Shown here in pieces: positions 10,358 through 19,543 of a stretch of DNA of 37,623 nt. How positions within the stretch are numbered: position 1 is the stretch's first letter; the number at the start of each line of letters is the position of its first letter. The stretch comes from a virus (Duplodnaviria; Caudoviricetes), in the IMG/VR virus record IMGVR_UViG_3300025610_000065, positions 1-37,623 of that record; one strand, 5' to 3'. Under the pieces are notes generated by a model, which was not told where the DNA came from, searched no databases, and was given only the letters and a program-made list of their open reading frames with translations. Made by a program: the position numbers and the translations under genes.

Positions 10358-10368
10358 GTTTCTGCGAA

Positions 10369-10436
10369 TCTAGCGGCAAGACTGACCTTCGTCTGCTAGA
10401 ACTCGTTTGGGTAGCACGAGTGCCGTAAAGCTACCC
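10369..10436 (+). ncRNA. structured intergenic RNA: hairpin plus H-type pseudoknot
   Basis: TCTAGC..AGAC/GTCTGCTAGA hairpin; ACTCGT/ACGAGT stem whose loop GGGTAGC pairs with GCTACCC. Confidence 0.55.
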
Positions 10437-10462
10437 TTTCATCATCTAGCAATGAGGGAATT

Positions 10463-12142
10463 ATGATACTTAGACCATATCAACAAGTAGCCGTTGATGA
10501 CGCATCAAAAGCTCTTGATAAACACAAAAACACTATCGTTGTTGCTCCAACGGGAGCGGGTAAAACTATTATGTTGTCTGCATTAGTAGGCAAGAAATAT
10601 AAAAAAGGCGATAGAGTATTAGTCATACAGCACAGAGATGAGCTTGTACGACAGAATGCACATAAATTTTCCCGTGTTAATCCAAATATATCCACAAGTA
10701 TAGTTGACGGATCAGAGAAAGATTGGTCTGGAGAAGCCATATTTAGTATGGTGCAGACGCTTTCAAGACCGAACAATTTGGATAACATGAAGCCTGTTGA
10801 CATGGTTGTGATTGATGAAAGTCATCATGCAATAGCAGATACATATCAAAGAATTATTAACAGGGTCAAAGAAGCGAACAATTCTGTAGAGATAGTTGGC
10901 TTTACAGCGACTCCTAATCGTGGAGACAAAAAAGGTTTAAAGACTGTATTCAATAATTGTTCGCATCAAATTGAGATAGGAACACTTATTCGTGAGGGTT
11001 TTCTTGTACCGCCTAAAACATTTGTTATTGATGTAGGTGTTACAGATGATTTGCAAAATGTTCGCAGAACTGTGTCAGACTTTGACATGGGCGAAGTTGA
11101 ACGAATTATGAACAAGAGAGCCATCAATGAGAAGATTGTAGATGAATGGAAAGACAAAGCGGGAGACAGAAAGACAGTTGTTTTTTGTTCTACAGTTGTT
11201 CATGCACAAGATGTATGTGATGAGTATCGTAGATCAAATGTTAGAGCCGAATTAGTTACTGGAGAAACTCCGTCAGAAGAACGTAAACAGATACTACATG
11301 ACTTGGAACATGGAGATATACAAGTTGTTGTCAATGTCGCTGTGCTTACAGAGGGCTTTGATGCTCCACCTGTTAGTTGTATTGTTTTAACAAGACCATG
11401 TTCATACAAATCTACAATGGTACAGATGATTGGTCGTGGACTCCGAACAATAGATCCAGAAGAACATCCAGACATCATTAAAAAGGATTGTGTGGTTTTG
11501 GACTTTGGAACAAGTGTGCTTACACATGGATCATTAGATGAAGGCGTAAATCTTGAAGGAGCTGAAGCTCAAAGAGCTGGAGAAGCACCTGTTAAAGTAT
11601 GTCCAGATTGTCAATCAGAAGTGCCATTGTCCTCTCGTGAATGTCCTATTTGTGGGCATGAGTTTGGCGCAGAAGGCAAAGAAGCATTAGAAGACTTTGT
11701 AATGACTGAAGTTGATCTCATGGACAGATCACCGTTTAGATGGATTGACTTGTTTAATAATGGAGTTTGTATGAGTGCGAGTGGTTTTAATGGTTTTGGT
11801 ATGGTTGCACACTTAGATGACATATCTGTAGCCATTGTAAAGCGTACTGGAGGCAAGTTAAGGGTAGTTAGTGTTGGAACTAAGGAACAAGCCATAGCAT
11901 CTGCTGATGACTTTCTAAGGAAGATTGAAGACAGTGATGCTGCTAAGAAAGGTAAAAGATGGTTAAATGAAGCTGTAACGCCAAAGCAATCGGAAATGTT
12001 GAGACGTTACGGTGTCGATGTTAAGCCAATAGATTTTAGTTGGAATAAATATAAAGCGGCTTGCTGGTTGAATTATGTTTGGAATAAAGATCAAATAGAT
12101 AAAAGAATTATAATCATAGGAGAAAAAAATGCACCGAAGTGA
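10463..12142 (+). CDS. SF2 DEAD/DEAH-box helicase with C-terminal Zn ribbon
   Basis: LRPYQ, APTGAGKT, DESHH, TATP, LTEGFD, QMIGRGLR, CPDC..CPICGH. Confidence 0.95.
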   Translation: MILRPYQQVAVDDASKALDKHKNTIVVAPTGAGKTIMLSALVGKKYKKGDRVLVIQHRDELVRQNAHKFSRVNPNISTSIVDGSEKDWSGEAIFSMVQTLSRPNNLDNMKPVDMVVIDESHHAIADTYQRIINRVKEANNSVEIVGFTATPNRGDKKGLKTVFNNCSHQIEIGTLIREGFLVPPKTFVIDVGVTDDLQNVRRTVSDFDMGEVERIMNKRAINEKIVDEWKDKAGDRKTVVFCSTVVHAQDVCDEYRRSNVRAELVTGETPSEERKQILHDLEHGDIQVVVNVAVLTEGFDAPPVSCIVLTRPCSYKSTMVQMIGRGLRTIDPEEHPDIIKKDCVVLDFGTSVLTHGSLDEGVNLEGAEAQRAGEAPVKVCPDCQSEVPLSSRECPICGHEFGAEGKEALEDFVMTEVDLMDRSPFRWIDLFNNGVCMSASGFNGFGMVAHLDDISVAIVKRTGGKLRVVSVGTKEQAIASADDFLRKIEDSDAAKKGKRWLNEAVTPKQSEMLRRYGVDVKPIDFSWNKYKAACWLNYVWNKDQIDKRIIIIGEKNAPK

Positions 12143-12416
12143 AGCACTAAAAAAAGTAGATTTAATTATAAACGGACCTAGAGCTAAAACTCATGGCGAT
12201 GCTACAGAAACTCATACATACATAGCTGAAATATGGAACATATTGTTAAGAAAAAAATTAAAAGAGCCTCTTGATATACATGATGTCTATAGAGCAATGA
12301 TAGGCATTAAACAAATTAGAAACAGTCAGAATCCAAAGGTAGAGGATAATATGATTGATGTTATCGGATATGCAGCACTAGCTATAGAGGCAAAAGATGG
12401 CAAGCATCAGAGTTGA
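12129..12416 (+). CDS. DUF6378-like all-helical phage protein
   Basis: R...HGD...IA.IW...D...D..GYAAL pattern. Confidence 0.7.
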   Translation: MHRSEALKKVDLIINGPRAKTHGDATETHTYIAEIWNILLRKKLKEPLDIHDVYRAMIGIKQIRNSQNPKVEDNMIDVIGYAALAIEAKDGKHQS

Positions 12417-12654
12417 TTACACTTTATTTTTTGAGCATCCTGTAAGTAAAAAGGAAGGCAAGATGTTCGTTCCTATAGATCTTGATTGTGGTAAAGAAGA
12501 TCTTATGGAGTATATAAATAATGCTATTATGGATACTTGTAGCGAACTTGATAACATAGTCAGTGGTAAGGCAGTTGTTCATTATTTTGGAGCTACATTT
12601 GATTTACATTTTTACATTCAGGAGGATGACGAATGTCAGATAACCATCCATTAA
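12397..12654 (+). CDS. hypothetical protein
   Basis: SD GAGG, overlaps both neighbours in the operon. Confidence 0.6.
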   Translation: MASIRVDYTLFFEHPVSKKEGKMFVPIDLDCGKEDLMEYINNAIMDTCSELDNIVSGKAVVHYFGATFDLHFYIQEDDECQITIH

Positions 12655-12854
12655 AGAGGTTTGCTCGGATTTGTTCGGAAATAGGTTGGGATAAAAAATT
12701 GTGCGATTTGTCAGAAGACGAAGTTGTTGGTATAATATCTAACATACAATTATCGTCTAATGTAGACGAGTTTTACAACGGAGAATATATTGCTCGTATC
12801 CACTTTCAATACTCAGATAAATCATGGTCGGGAGGTGGCGATGCTCCCTTCTAA
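12633..12854 (+). CDS. DUF6511-like small protein
   Basis: EIGWDKKLCDLSEDEV and C-terminal DAPF; sits just before the Cas4-like nuclease. Confidence 0.55.
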   Translation: MSDNHPLKRFARICSEIGWDKKLCDLSEDEVVGIISNIQLSSNVDEFYNGEYIARIHFQYSDKSWSGGGDAPF

Positions 12855-13560
12855 AGAAATAACACAATTAATATCAGATGCTATAGATCAAAGCATAGTC
12901 GATCAAAATGATAAAAGAACTAAACGAACTTACTTAGGTGGTTCATCTCTTGGCGAATCATGTTCTAGAAAAATACAGTATAGATACATGGGTTATGAGG
13001 CTGATGAGGGTCGTGACTTCAGTGCAAATACCTTGAGAATCTTTCAGTTTGGTCATCAAATTGAAGATGATGTTGCACTATGGTTAAAAAATGCTAAGTT
13101 TGATTTGCGTACAGAAGACAAGAAAGGCGAACAATTTGGTTTTTCTATCGCAGATGGGGAGATCAAAGGTCATATAGATGGTGTAATATGTGGAGGTCCT
13201 GTGGACATGGGGTATCCGTGTTTGTGGGAGAATAAGTCAGCCAATGATAAGAAGTTTAGAGAATTTATGATGAAAGGCGTAGCTAGAACTAATCCAGTTT
13301 ACGCAGCTCAGATAGCTTTGTATCAGGCATACATGAACTTAACAGAGCATCCATGTTTATTTACAGTATTAAATAAGAACACAAGTCAGATATATTATGA
13401 ACTTGTTCCCTTTGATAAAGTATTGGCGCAAGAGATTAGTGATAAGGCTGTGAATATTTTAGAAGCAACAAAAGCAAACGAAATTTTACCTAGAGTAGCA
13501 TTCTCAAGAGACTTCTTTGACTGCAAATGGTGTGAGTTTCAAGATAGATGTTGGAGTTAA
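12841..13560 (+). CDS. Cas4-like PD-(D/E)XK exonuclease
   Basis: YLGGSSLG..C.R, GHIDG, WENKS, Y.AQ..LY, CKWCEFQDRC Fe-S-type cysteines; SD GGAGGT supports start at 12841. Confidence 0.85.
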   Translation: MLPSKEITQLISDAIDQSIVDQNDKRTKRTYLGGSSLGESCSRKIQYRYMGYEADEGRDFSANTLRIFQFGHQIEDDVALWLKNAKFDLRTEDKKGEQFGFSIADGEIKGHIDGVICGGPVDMGYPCLWENKSANDKKFREFMMKGVARTNPVYAAQIALYQAYMNLTEHPCLFTVLNKNTSQIYYELVPFDKVLAQEISDKAVNILEATKANEILPRVAFSRDFFDCKWCEFQDRCWS

Positions 13561-13561
13561 A

Positions 13562-13604
13562 ATAGGCGACATGAAAGGTAGAGAAACAAACAAATGTCGC
13601 CTAT
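13562..13604. repeat. 11-bp inverted repeat (stem-loop)
   Basis: ATAGGCGACAT / ATGTCGCCTAT with a 21-nt loop. Confidence 0.8.
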
Positions 13605-13634
13605 AACTTCAGCCAACGAAGTAAGGATATAATA

Positions 13635-15815
13635 ATGACTATAATAAGACTTGGCAATAAAAATCGTGAGATGAACTCACATGAATTAGTAGAACTAATT
13701 AGTCAAAAAGTGCCACCAGAGGTGCAAATAAGTGAGCTTAGAAACACATATCCAAACGGAGTTATTCGTGGGGATCAATTCTCTATTGGTTCATTATCGG
13801 GAGAGCCTGGTCAATCATTAAAAATAGATATAAATCCTAGATCACCATACTTTATGAAAGGTCAGGACTTTAACGGTGCGTCAGGTATTGGTGGTATCGT
13901 AAAGATATTGATGGAAGGTCGTGGCATGAGATTACCTGAAATCAAAGAATTGTTCGGAAACTATCTGGACGATTCTCCAAGTTTTGTCAGGGATCAGGAA
14001 GCTCCTCCGCCAATTATTAATCCATCTTTGCGTCAACAGATAACAATGAACACTCCATTTGACTCCGAACATTTGTATCTAAATGCAGATGGAGAAATAC
14101 TTTGTATAGTCAGACGATATAATATGAGAGATGGTGCGGGTAATCCCGTCATGGATGATCACGGTAAACCTAAGAAAGAGTTTCGTCAGTTTACTGGTAA
14201 TAATCCATATCCTAAGATGCCTGATGTAAGACCGTTATATAATATACCGAACATTTCTGCTTCAGATAAAGTTATATGGGTAGAAGGCGAGAAGTGTGCT
14301 GATGCTCTTAATGAACTAGGTTTTACAGCTACATGTACTATGGGCGGAGCGGGTATGTTATCTCGTAAGTCAGCCAGTCAATTTGATTTCTCACCGTTGC
14401 ATGGCAAAGAGTTAACAATTTGGCCCGACAACGATACAGCGGGTAAAAAGGTCGCTGAGTTAATACAAGATTTAGCTATGAATGCGGGTGCTAGGTCAGT
14501 TACGATGTTAACTCCGCCAGCGGGTAAGCCTGAAAGATGGGATGCAGCGGATGCAATTGCAGAAAACTTTGATATTGGTAACTTTCTTAATACAAAGATA
14601 AAGCATGTAAAGAAAACAATTAACTTACTGGATGAAAGTTTATTAATTAAAAGGTTTCAGGGTCAAGCTCCTGAACAAAAGTTTTTAATCGGAGACACAT
14701 TACCATTAGGTGTACCAATCATATTTTCAGCCGCTGGAGATGCGGGTAAAGGTATGATGACACTAGACTTAGCAATGAAGGTGTCTAGTGGTCAGCCCAT
14801 GACAAGTGCTTTCGGGGATAATATTACAGAGTTTGGTAACACAATTATCTTTACAGCAGAGGATGATGAAGGTGAAATGCACAGGAGAATTGAGCGTTTA
14901 GACCCGAACAATTCTCGTTTTGACTATGAACATGAGATCAGGATTGTATCTCTTCCTAATGTTGGTGGTGTATTTCCAATACTTCAGGAAACTAGTGACG
15001 GATACAAGACCAGCATTGAATTTGAGAAGATATACGAACAAATCTTACAAATGAATAATTTAAAATTAATCGTGTTTGATCCATTAGCATCATTTGTCCA
15101 TGCAGACGTAAATTCTGATCCAGCAGCAGGAGCTGCACTAACTGGTTTACTAGCACAAGTGGCTACAGAAACTGGAGCTTCTGTAATGATGTGTCACCAT
15201 ATGACAAAAATCAAAGATGATGTGGCAGTTGCATCTCCCGAACAAGCAAGGAATATGATTAGAGGTACGTCAGCATTAGTTGATGGTGTGAGGTGTGCGT
15301 TTGCCATATGGCAAGTTGATGAGGCTACTGGTCGAAGGCGTTGTCAGGATTTAGGTATAGAATATCAAAGAAACAGATGCTTTGATGGCGCAGTCGTTAA
15401 GTCAAATGGTCCCGCAAGGCGTGACATAAGGCATTTTGTTCGGGATATGTATTCTGGACTACTGGAAGACAAATCGGAAGACATATCAAGACTGCATTCT
15501 GGAAGTAATCGGGAAATAAAGAAAGATGCTTTATTTGCTTGGATTGCCACATGTGAGCGGGAAGGTAGAGCGTTAACACAGCAATCGGGAGCTGATGCCA
15601 TTTTGCAACGTATGAGTGCAGATCCAGACGCACCAAGAACTTTGGATAACTGCACACAAAGAATGGTTGATGGAATTGTTCGGGAATTATTGGCAGAAGG
15701 CAGGATCGGGAAGTATTCATTTAGTAGGTCAGGTGGTCGTAAGTGGCTTGGAACTACAGATGGTGACATGAGCAGAGGAGAATATGAAGCATCAACAGCA
15801 ACGGAGAATGTATAA
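13635..15815 (+). CDS. primase-helicase (Toprim + RepA/AAA_25 helicase)
   Basis: WVEGEKCADAL and WPDND Toprim motifs; AAGDAGKG P-loop, TAEDD, LIVFDPL, HHMTK, RGTSAL. Confidence 0.9.
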   Translation: MTIIRLGNKNREMNSHELVELISQKVPPEVQISELRNTYPNGVIRGDQFSIGSLSGEPGQSLKIDINPRSPYFMKGQDFNGASGIGGIVKILMEGRGMRLPEIKELFGNYLDDSPSFVRDQEAPPPIINPSLRQQITMNTPFDSEHLYLNADGEILCIVRRYNMRDGAGNPVMDDHGKPKKEFRQFTGNNPYPKMPDVRPLYNIPNISASDKVIWVEGEKCADALNELGFTATCTMGGAGMLSRKSASQFDFSPLHGKELTIWPDNDTAGKKVAELIQDLAMNAGARSVTMLTPPAGKPERWDAADAIAENFDIGNFLNTKIKHVKKTINLLDESLLIKRFQGQAPEQKFLIGDTLPLGVPIIFSAAGDAGKGMMTLDLAMKVSSGQPMTSAFGDNITEFGNTIIFTAEDDEGEMHRRIERLDPNNSRFDYEHEIRIVSLPNVGGVFPILQETSDGYKTSIEFEKIYEQILQMNNLKLIVFDPLASFVHADVNSDPAAGAALTGLLAQVATETGASVMMCHHMTKIKDDVAVASPEQARNMIRGTSALVDGVRCAFAIWQVDEATGRRRCQDLGIEYQRNRCFDGAVVKSNGPARRDIRHFVRDMYSGLLEDKSEDISRLHSGSNREIKKDALFAWIATCEREGRALTQQSGADAILQRMSADPDAPRTLDNCTQRMVDGIVRELLAEGRIGKYSFSRSGGRKWLGTTDGDMSRGEYEASTATENV

Positions 15816-16084
15816 TGTTATTGGCAGACGGTTTTGAAGGAGCGTTTATCGGAGTGGCTACAAGATGTGGGCAACCGACATTAGCTGTTTACAGCGCACA
15901 TAAATGTATTAAACTATTAGTAGAAAGAGATGGCATGACGCATGAAGAAGCATTGGAATACTTCAATTTTAATGTTGTTGGTGGGTGGGTCGGTGAAGAA
16001 ACGCCTTTATTTCTTGAGTCTATGTCATTGATTGAAGCGTGTAACTTAGATGGGGAGGTTAATGACAATGAGCGAACAGAGTAG
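15815..16084 (+). CDS. conserved phage hypothetical protein
   Basis: ADGF..AFIGV...EEALEYF.FNVVG.WVG..TP motif that I recognise from aquatic phages. Confidence 0.7.
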   Translation: MLLADGFEGAFIGVATRCGQPTLAVYSAHKCIKLLVERDGMTHEEALEYFNFNVVGGWVGEETPLFLESMSLIEACNLDGEVNDNERTE

Positions 16085-16262
16085 AAGAAGAACTTGGCAA
16101 CCAGTTGTGCAGACGAAAGAAAGACCGAATAATTGTTCGGTTTGTGGCAGGTCTGGAGCTTCGTATTCTATTGATGGAGGTTGGAATTGGCATTGTTGGG
16201 TGTGTGTACCAGATGAAAGTTACTTCAAAGCAGGTGGGAAAGATGATGCAAAAATGTATTAA
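16062..16262 (+). CDS. small Zn-finger-like protein
   Basis: SD GGAGG; CSVC..CWVC. Confidence 0.55.
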   Translation: MTMSEQSRRRTWQPVVQTKERPNNCSVCGRSGASYSIDGGWNWHCWVCVPDESYFKAGGKDDAKMY

Positions 16263-16536
16263 CTGCGGTGCCAAAATGAAAGTAGGGCGTTATGAAAAAG
16301 CTAAGTTTTGCGTAAATTGCAATTATGAAAGACAAGCTGGTAATGCTGAAATTAAAAAAGTTTTTAAAGATTTGCAAAAAAGAAACAGTAAAATGACACC
16401 TGAAGAACTAGAAATGAATGAAAAATTTGAAGATGATCCAAGAGCTGAAACCGAACAATTATACGGTAAAGTATCAAAAACTCCTGACAGATCCCATTAT
16501 TCTCCTGTTAGCAGTATTGATATAGAAAATATGTAA
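16243..16536 (+). CDS. hypothetical protein with N-terminal Zn finger
   Basis: CINC..CVNC; start reassigned to ATG 16243. Confidence 0.55.
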   Translation: MMQKCINCGAKMKVGRYEKAKFCVNCNYERQAGNAEIKKVFKDLQKRNSKMTPEELEMNEKFEDDPRAETEQLYGKVSKTPDRSHYSPVSSIDIENM

Positions 16537-17177
16537 TGCCAGAGCTAATATGTAATTTACCAGCAGAACAAATTTGGGTTAGAAAAGAATATCTTAGAGA
16601 TTTACAAGACGGACATGGTGAATTTGTAAAGGGTATATGGATTACAGCTAAATCTATAGCGGGTCGAGCTTTTTACTTTGAAACTTATTTACCCGAATAT
16701 GGAGCTATGTTTGATAAGCTACCAATATCTGCATTTGTATCAAAACCAGTTACGCCTAAACTGGATATGAATTTACCTAATCTGCAATTTTGGAATTGTA
16801 TGGATTACAATGTTACAGCTATACATAAACAATTTATCGGAAGCATGGATTTTGAAGTCTTGACAAGAGATTTTGGTATCGTCAAAGGCACATATATATG
16901 CACATTGGATAACTACCATAATCAGCCTGACGTAATTGACTACAGTACCAGTGAAACACCTGAAGAACATAAATCATTTAATTTATTACAGTTAGAAAAT
17001 GGACAATATTGTTTATATCCGAACAATAGAATGAGAATTTATGACAATAGCCTGACTCCTGAGAAGCCTAAAATGCCCGATTTTAAAGTTAGCACAGTTG
17101 AGTACCAAGTTGAAAACGGTAACAACACAAGGCTAGGCGATACTGACGAATACTTTTGGAAAACCAAAAAAGAATAA
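16536..17177 (+). CDS. conserved marine phage hypothetical protein
   Basis: 213 aa; GAMFDKLPISAF, LQFWNC, EHKSFN, YPNNR. Confidence 0.7.
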   Translation: MPELICNLPAEQIWVRKEYLRDLQDGHGEFVKGIWITAKSIAGRAFYFETYLPEYGAMFDKLPISAFVSKPVTPKLDMNLPNLQFWNCMDYNVTAIHKQFIGSMDFEVLTRDFGIVKGTYICTLDNYHNQPDVIDYSTSETPEEHKSFNLLQLENGQYCLYPNNRMRIYDNSLTPEKPKMPDFKVSTVEYQVENGNNTRLGDTDEYFWKTKKE

Positions 17178-17184
17178 TTCACCA

Positions 17185-17213
17185 TTGACAATGTAGTTAT
17201 CATTACATATATA
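17185..17213 (+). promoter_or_regulatory. sigma70 promoter with operator in the spacer
   Basis: TTGACA-17 bp-TATATA; GTTATCATTAC at 17196-17206. Confidence 0.7.
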
Positions 17214-17244
17214 GATTATATAGGTCTATCGTAAGGAGATAATT

Positions 17245-18357
17245 ATGGAAAAACCAATTCTAGCAAACGAACTAATTACAGCTCTTGGAGATGCCAAAAG
17301 AAATATACTTGGATGGCAAGGCGGTAAATATGCAGAGGGCATGAGGCGCAACGTACAAACTGAAATCGTTACTGCTCAAAAATTTGTATTAAGCAAAAGC
17401 CTTATTGAACATGCAGTGCAAGCAAGTATGTCAAAACCCGAAATACTTTTTAATATGTTGGAGCGAGGTATTCCTCCATTTAATTCTTTATGGATTGAAT
17501 GGGATGAGGTTTACCGTCAAGAACTATTAAAAAAGATTCATGAATCAAATGGTAAAACATATGATATAGGCGAGACTATTATGCCCGTTGGCTATCATGT
17601 TCTTAAACATAATGGCGATTATATCTATGCTTTATACACTAAGTACGAACCCGATAATAAAAGTTATATGGTATCACCACAGATCGGGTTTAGCATTGAT
17701 AACGAAAAGCCATTTGATAGATTAGATGCATCGGGTAATCCCGAAGTTATGTCTGAAAGTGATTGGCTAAGAGCATCATGGCAAGCTACTGAGGCATATC
17801 TTGGCAGTTGGTATGCTCAAGAATATGGTAAAAATGGTACTAAAAAAGATAAATACTATTTAGATTTAATTAGACAACGAATTACTACAACACAAACCGC
17901 ATCAATGCATTGGATGATAACTCAAGAAAAATTTGATCGTGGTTGGGATCAAAAAGAGATGAGTAAATTTATGGAAATCTCTTACAATGTTATGGAGGGC
18001 GATGGTAGGTTTATGATCGCACTACTTGGGTTGTTAAACTACGATTTAATCGCCACAGAAGAGATAACTCCACCTAGAGAGATAGATCATATAGCCTTTG
18101 GTCGTAAAGTGCCTAAGAACGAATATAAGGTCGTTACGATTAACTTACCAAAGCCTAGAGGTAAAAGGGTTTACTCCCGTATGTTTACGGGTCAAGGATC
18201 GCCAAAGCGGGAGCATTGGAGACGAGGACATTGGAGAGTGTTAAAGAATAAAAAAGGCGATGTTCTTAAAAGAATTTGGATAGATCAACAAAAGGTTGGC
18301 AATGCTGAATTAGGCAAGATTACACATGATTATGTATTAAATAAAAAAGATGCTTGA
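17245..18357 (+). CDS. hypothetical protein with C-terminal SP.REHWRRGHWR motif
   Basis: 370 aa, SD AAGGAG, own promoter. Confidence 0.7.
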   Translation: MEKPILANELITALGDAKRNILGWQGGKYAEGMRRNVQTEIVTAQKFVLSKSLIEHAVQASMSKPEILFNMLERGIPPFNSLWIEWDEVYRQELLKKIHESNGKTYDIGETIMPVGYHVLKHNGDYIYALYTKYEPDNKSYMVSPQIGFSIDNEKPFDRLDASGNPEVMSESDWLRASWQATEAYLGSWYAQEYGKNGTKKDKYYLDLIRQRITTTQTASMHWMITQEKFDRGWDQKEMSKFMEISYNVMEGDGRFMIALLGLLNYDLIATEEITPPREIDHIAFGRKVPKNEYKVVTINLPKPRGKRVYSRMFTGQGSPKREHWRRGHWRVLKNKKGDVLKRIWIDQQKVGNAELGKITHDYVLNKKDA

Positions 18358-18421
18358 CATGGTATTGAATACTATAGTAACTATAAAGGACTATCTTAAC
18401 TAGCAAAGGAAGGAAAGTAAG

Positions 18422-18625
18422 ATGACTGCAATAAAACTAAAAGGTGTATTTAACAACAGAAAATCAATTGTAAGTACAAAGATTTTTGTTGAATGGAATG
18501 ATAATCCTAAAATGGAACTCTTAATGAACGATATGCCAAATGAATTGGCTGAGTTATGGGATGAATGGTTATCTGATATTGAGAACGAAGAAAATGCTAA
18601 AAATGGGAGAAATCATAATGAGTAG
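18422..18625 (+). CDS. hypothetical protein
   Basis: SD AAGGA; TTGACA at 18354-18359 upstream. Confidence 0.55.
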   Translation: MTAIKLKGVFNNRKSIVSTKIFVEWNDNPKMELLMNDMPNELAELWDEWLSDIENEENAKNGRNHNE

Positions 18626-18806
18626 ACTATCTGACAAACTACTTGAAGTAGAATTGTTCGTAGGTGAGCAGTTGCAGGACTACACAAACGAGCAAGTGTT
18701 AAAGCAAGTCAAGATCAAGTTTGGTGTTGATATGTATGTAGAACATGCAAAAGATTTGTTGAATGAATTTCAACAAGAACTTAACTTTCAGAGGTTACAA
18801 CCATGA
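18618..18806 (+). CDS. hypothetical protein
   Basis: SD GGGAG before ATG 18618 (MSRLSDKLL...). Confidence 0.55.
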   Translation: MSRLSDKLLEVELFVGEQLQDYTNEQVLKQVKIKFGVDMYVEHAKDLLNEFQQELNFQRLQP

Positions 18807-19213
18807 TATTAGTTAAAAGAATAGATATGGCATTACATATCCAAGAGTTAGTTGCATTAGAGAACATAACTGTAAGCTATCAATCGCTTACAGAAACTGT
18901 TCCTAGATATTCAGCTATCCCGTCTAGGCGACATATAACCATTAGACCGACTAAAAATACGGGATATTATGTGTCTGCTTTACATGAAATCGGTCATATA
19001 CTTGGTGGTAATCAATCTCGTAATAACACAACAAAGGAGAAAGAAATTGGTGCATGGATTTGGGCAATGTTACATGCGATTGTATGGACAGATACTGCGG
19101 ATCGGGTCATGGCTAAAGCACTACGTTCATACGGTGTTAGCCAATCTGAAATCGAGGAAATCCAACATAAATGGAATCCAACAACAAGAGATGAGGAGCA
19201 ACAAATTGCTTAA
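18803..19213 (+). CDS. putative zincin metallopeptidase (HExxH)
   Basis: ALHEIGH followed by EIGAW. Confidence 0.6.
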   Translation: MILVKRIDMALHIQELVALENITVSYQSLTETVPRYSAIPSRRHITIRPTKNTGYYVSALHEIGHILGGNQSRNNTTKEKEIGAWIWAMLHAIVWTDTADRVMAKALRSYGVSQSEIEEIQHKWNPTTRDEEQQIA

Positions 19214-19313
19214 TGAAAAATTTATAAAAATACATATTCAACAAGCTACTCCGTACAAAATTACCTTTGTAGATAAAATTGTTCGGGCTTTGTACAAAAT
19301 GAAACAATGGTAA
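19206..19313 (+). CDS. small hypothetical protein (35 aa, TTG start)
   Basis: SD GAGGAG; fills the operon gap. Confidence 0.35.
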   Translation: MLNEKFIKIHIQQATPYKITFVDKIVRALYKMKQW

Positions 19314-19432
19314 AAAGAGCAAAAATTCATAGCACTAGCAGATCATGGGAAAAATCTCTCAAAAAATCTGCTAGAGTTAAAGAGCGCCAGCGGACAAAGC
19401 GAAGAATTGTTCGGGAAATCAAGGAGGAATAA
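19307..19432 (+). CDS. small highly basic protein (41 aa), not in the ORF track
   Basis: MVKRAKIHSTSRSWEKSLKKSARVKERQRTKRRIVREIKEE; stop abuts the next ATG. Confidence 0.5.
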   Translation: MVKRAKIHSTSRSWEKSLKKSARVKERQRTKRRIVREIKEE

Positions 19433-19543
19433 ATGGGCGAGTACGAATGTATAGATTGTAACGAAATCTTTTGGGCAGAAGAACCGCCTCACCCTAAAGA
19501 TCAATGTGATCGTTGTAGAGAAGAGGAAAAAGACAATGGTTAA
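19433..19543 (+). CDS. 36-aa Zn-finger microprotein, not in the ORF track
   Basis: SD AAGGAGG; MGEYECIDC...CDRCREEEKDNG. Confidence 0.6.
   Translation: MGEYECIDCNEIFWAEEPPHPKDQCDRCREEEKDNG

Noticed and set aside
10401-10436. Pistol ribozyme or SAM-II/SAM-V riboswitch identity for the pseudoknot
   Set aside because: Only 8 nt link the stems, too short for pistol P2, and I could not find the conserved ribozyme or riboswitch residues
10355-10465. Stop-codon readthrough fusing SSB to helicase (TAG followed by structure; helicase ATG in frame)
   Set aside because: Two more in-frame TAGs (10397, 10412) intervene, and TAG acts as a normal stop elsewhere (e.g. overlapped by GTG starts at 31622 and 31906), so neither readthrough nor amber recoding is supported
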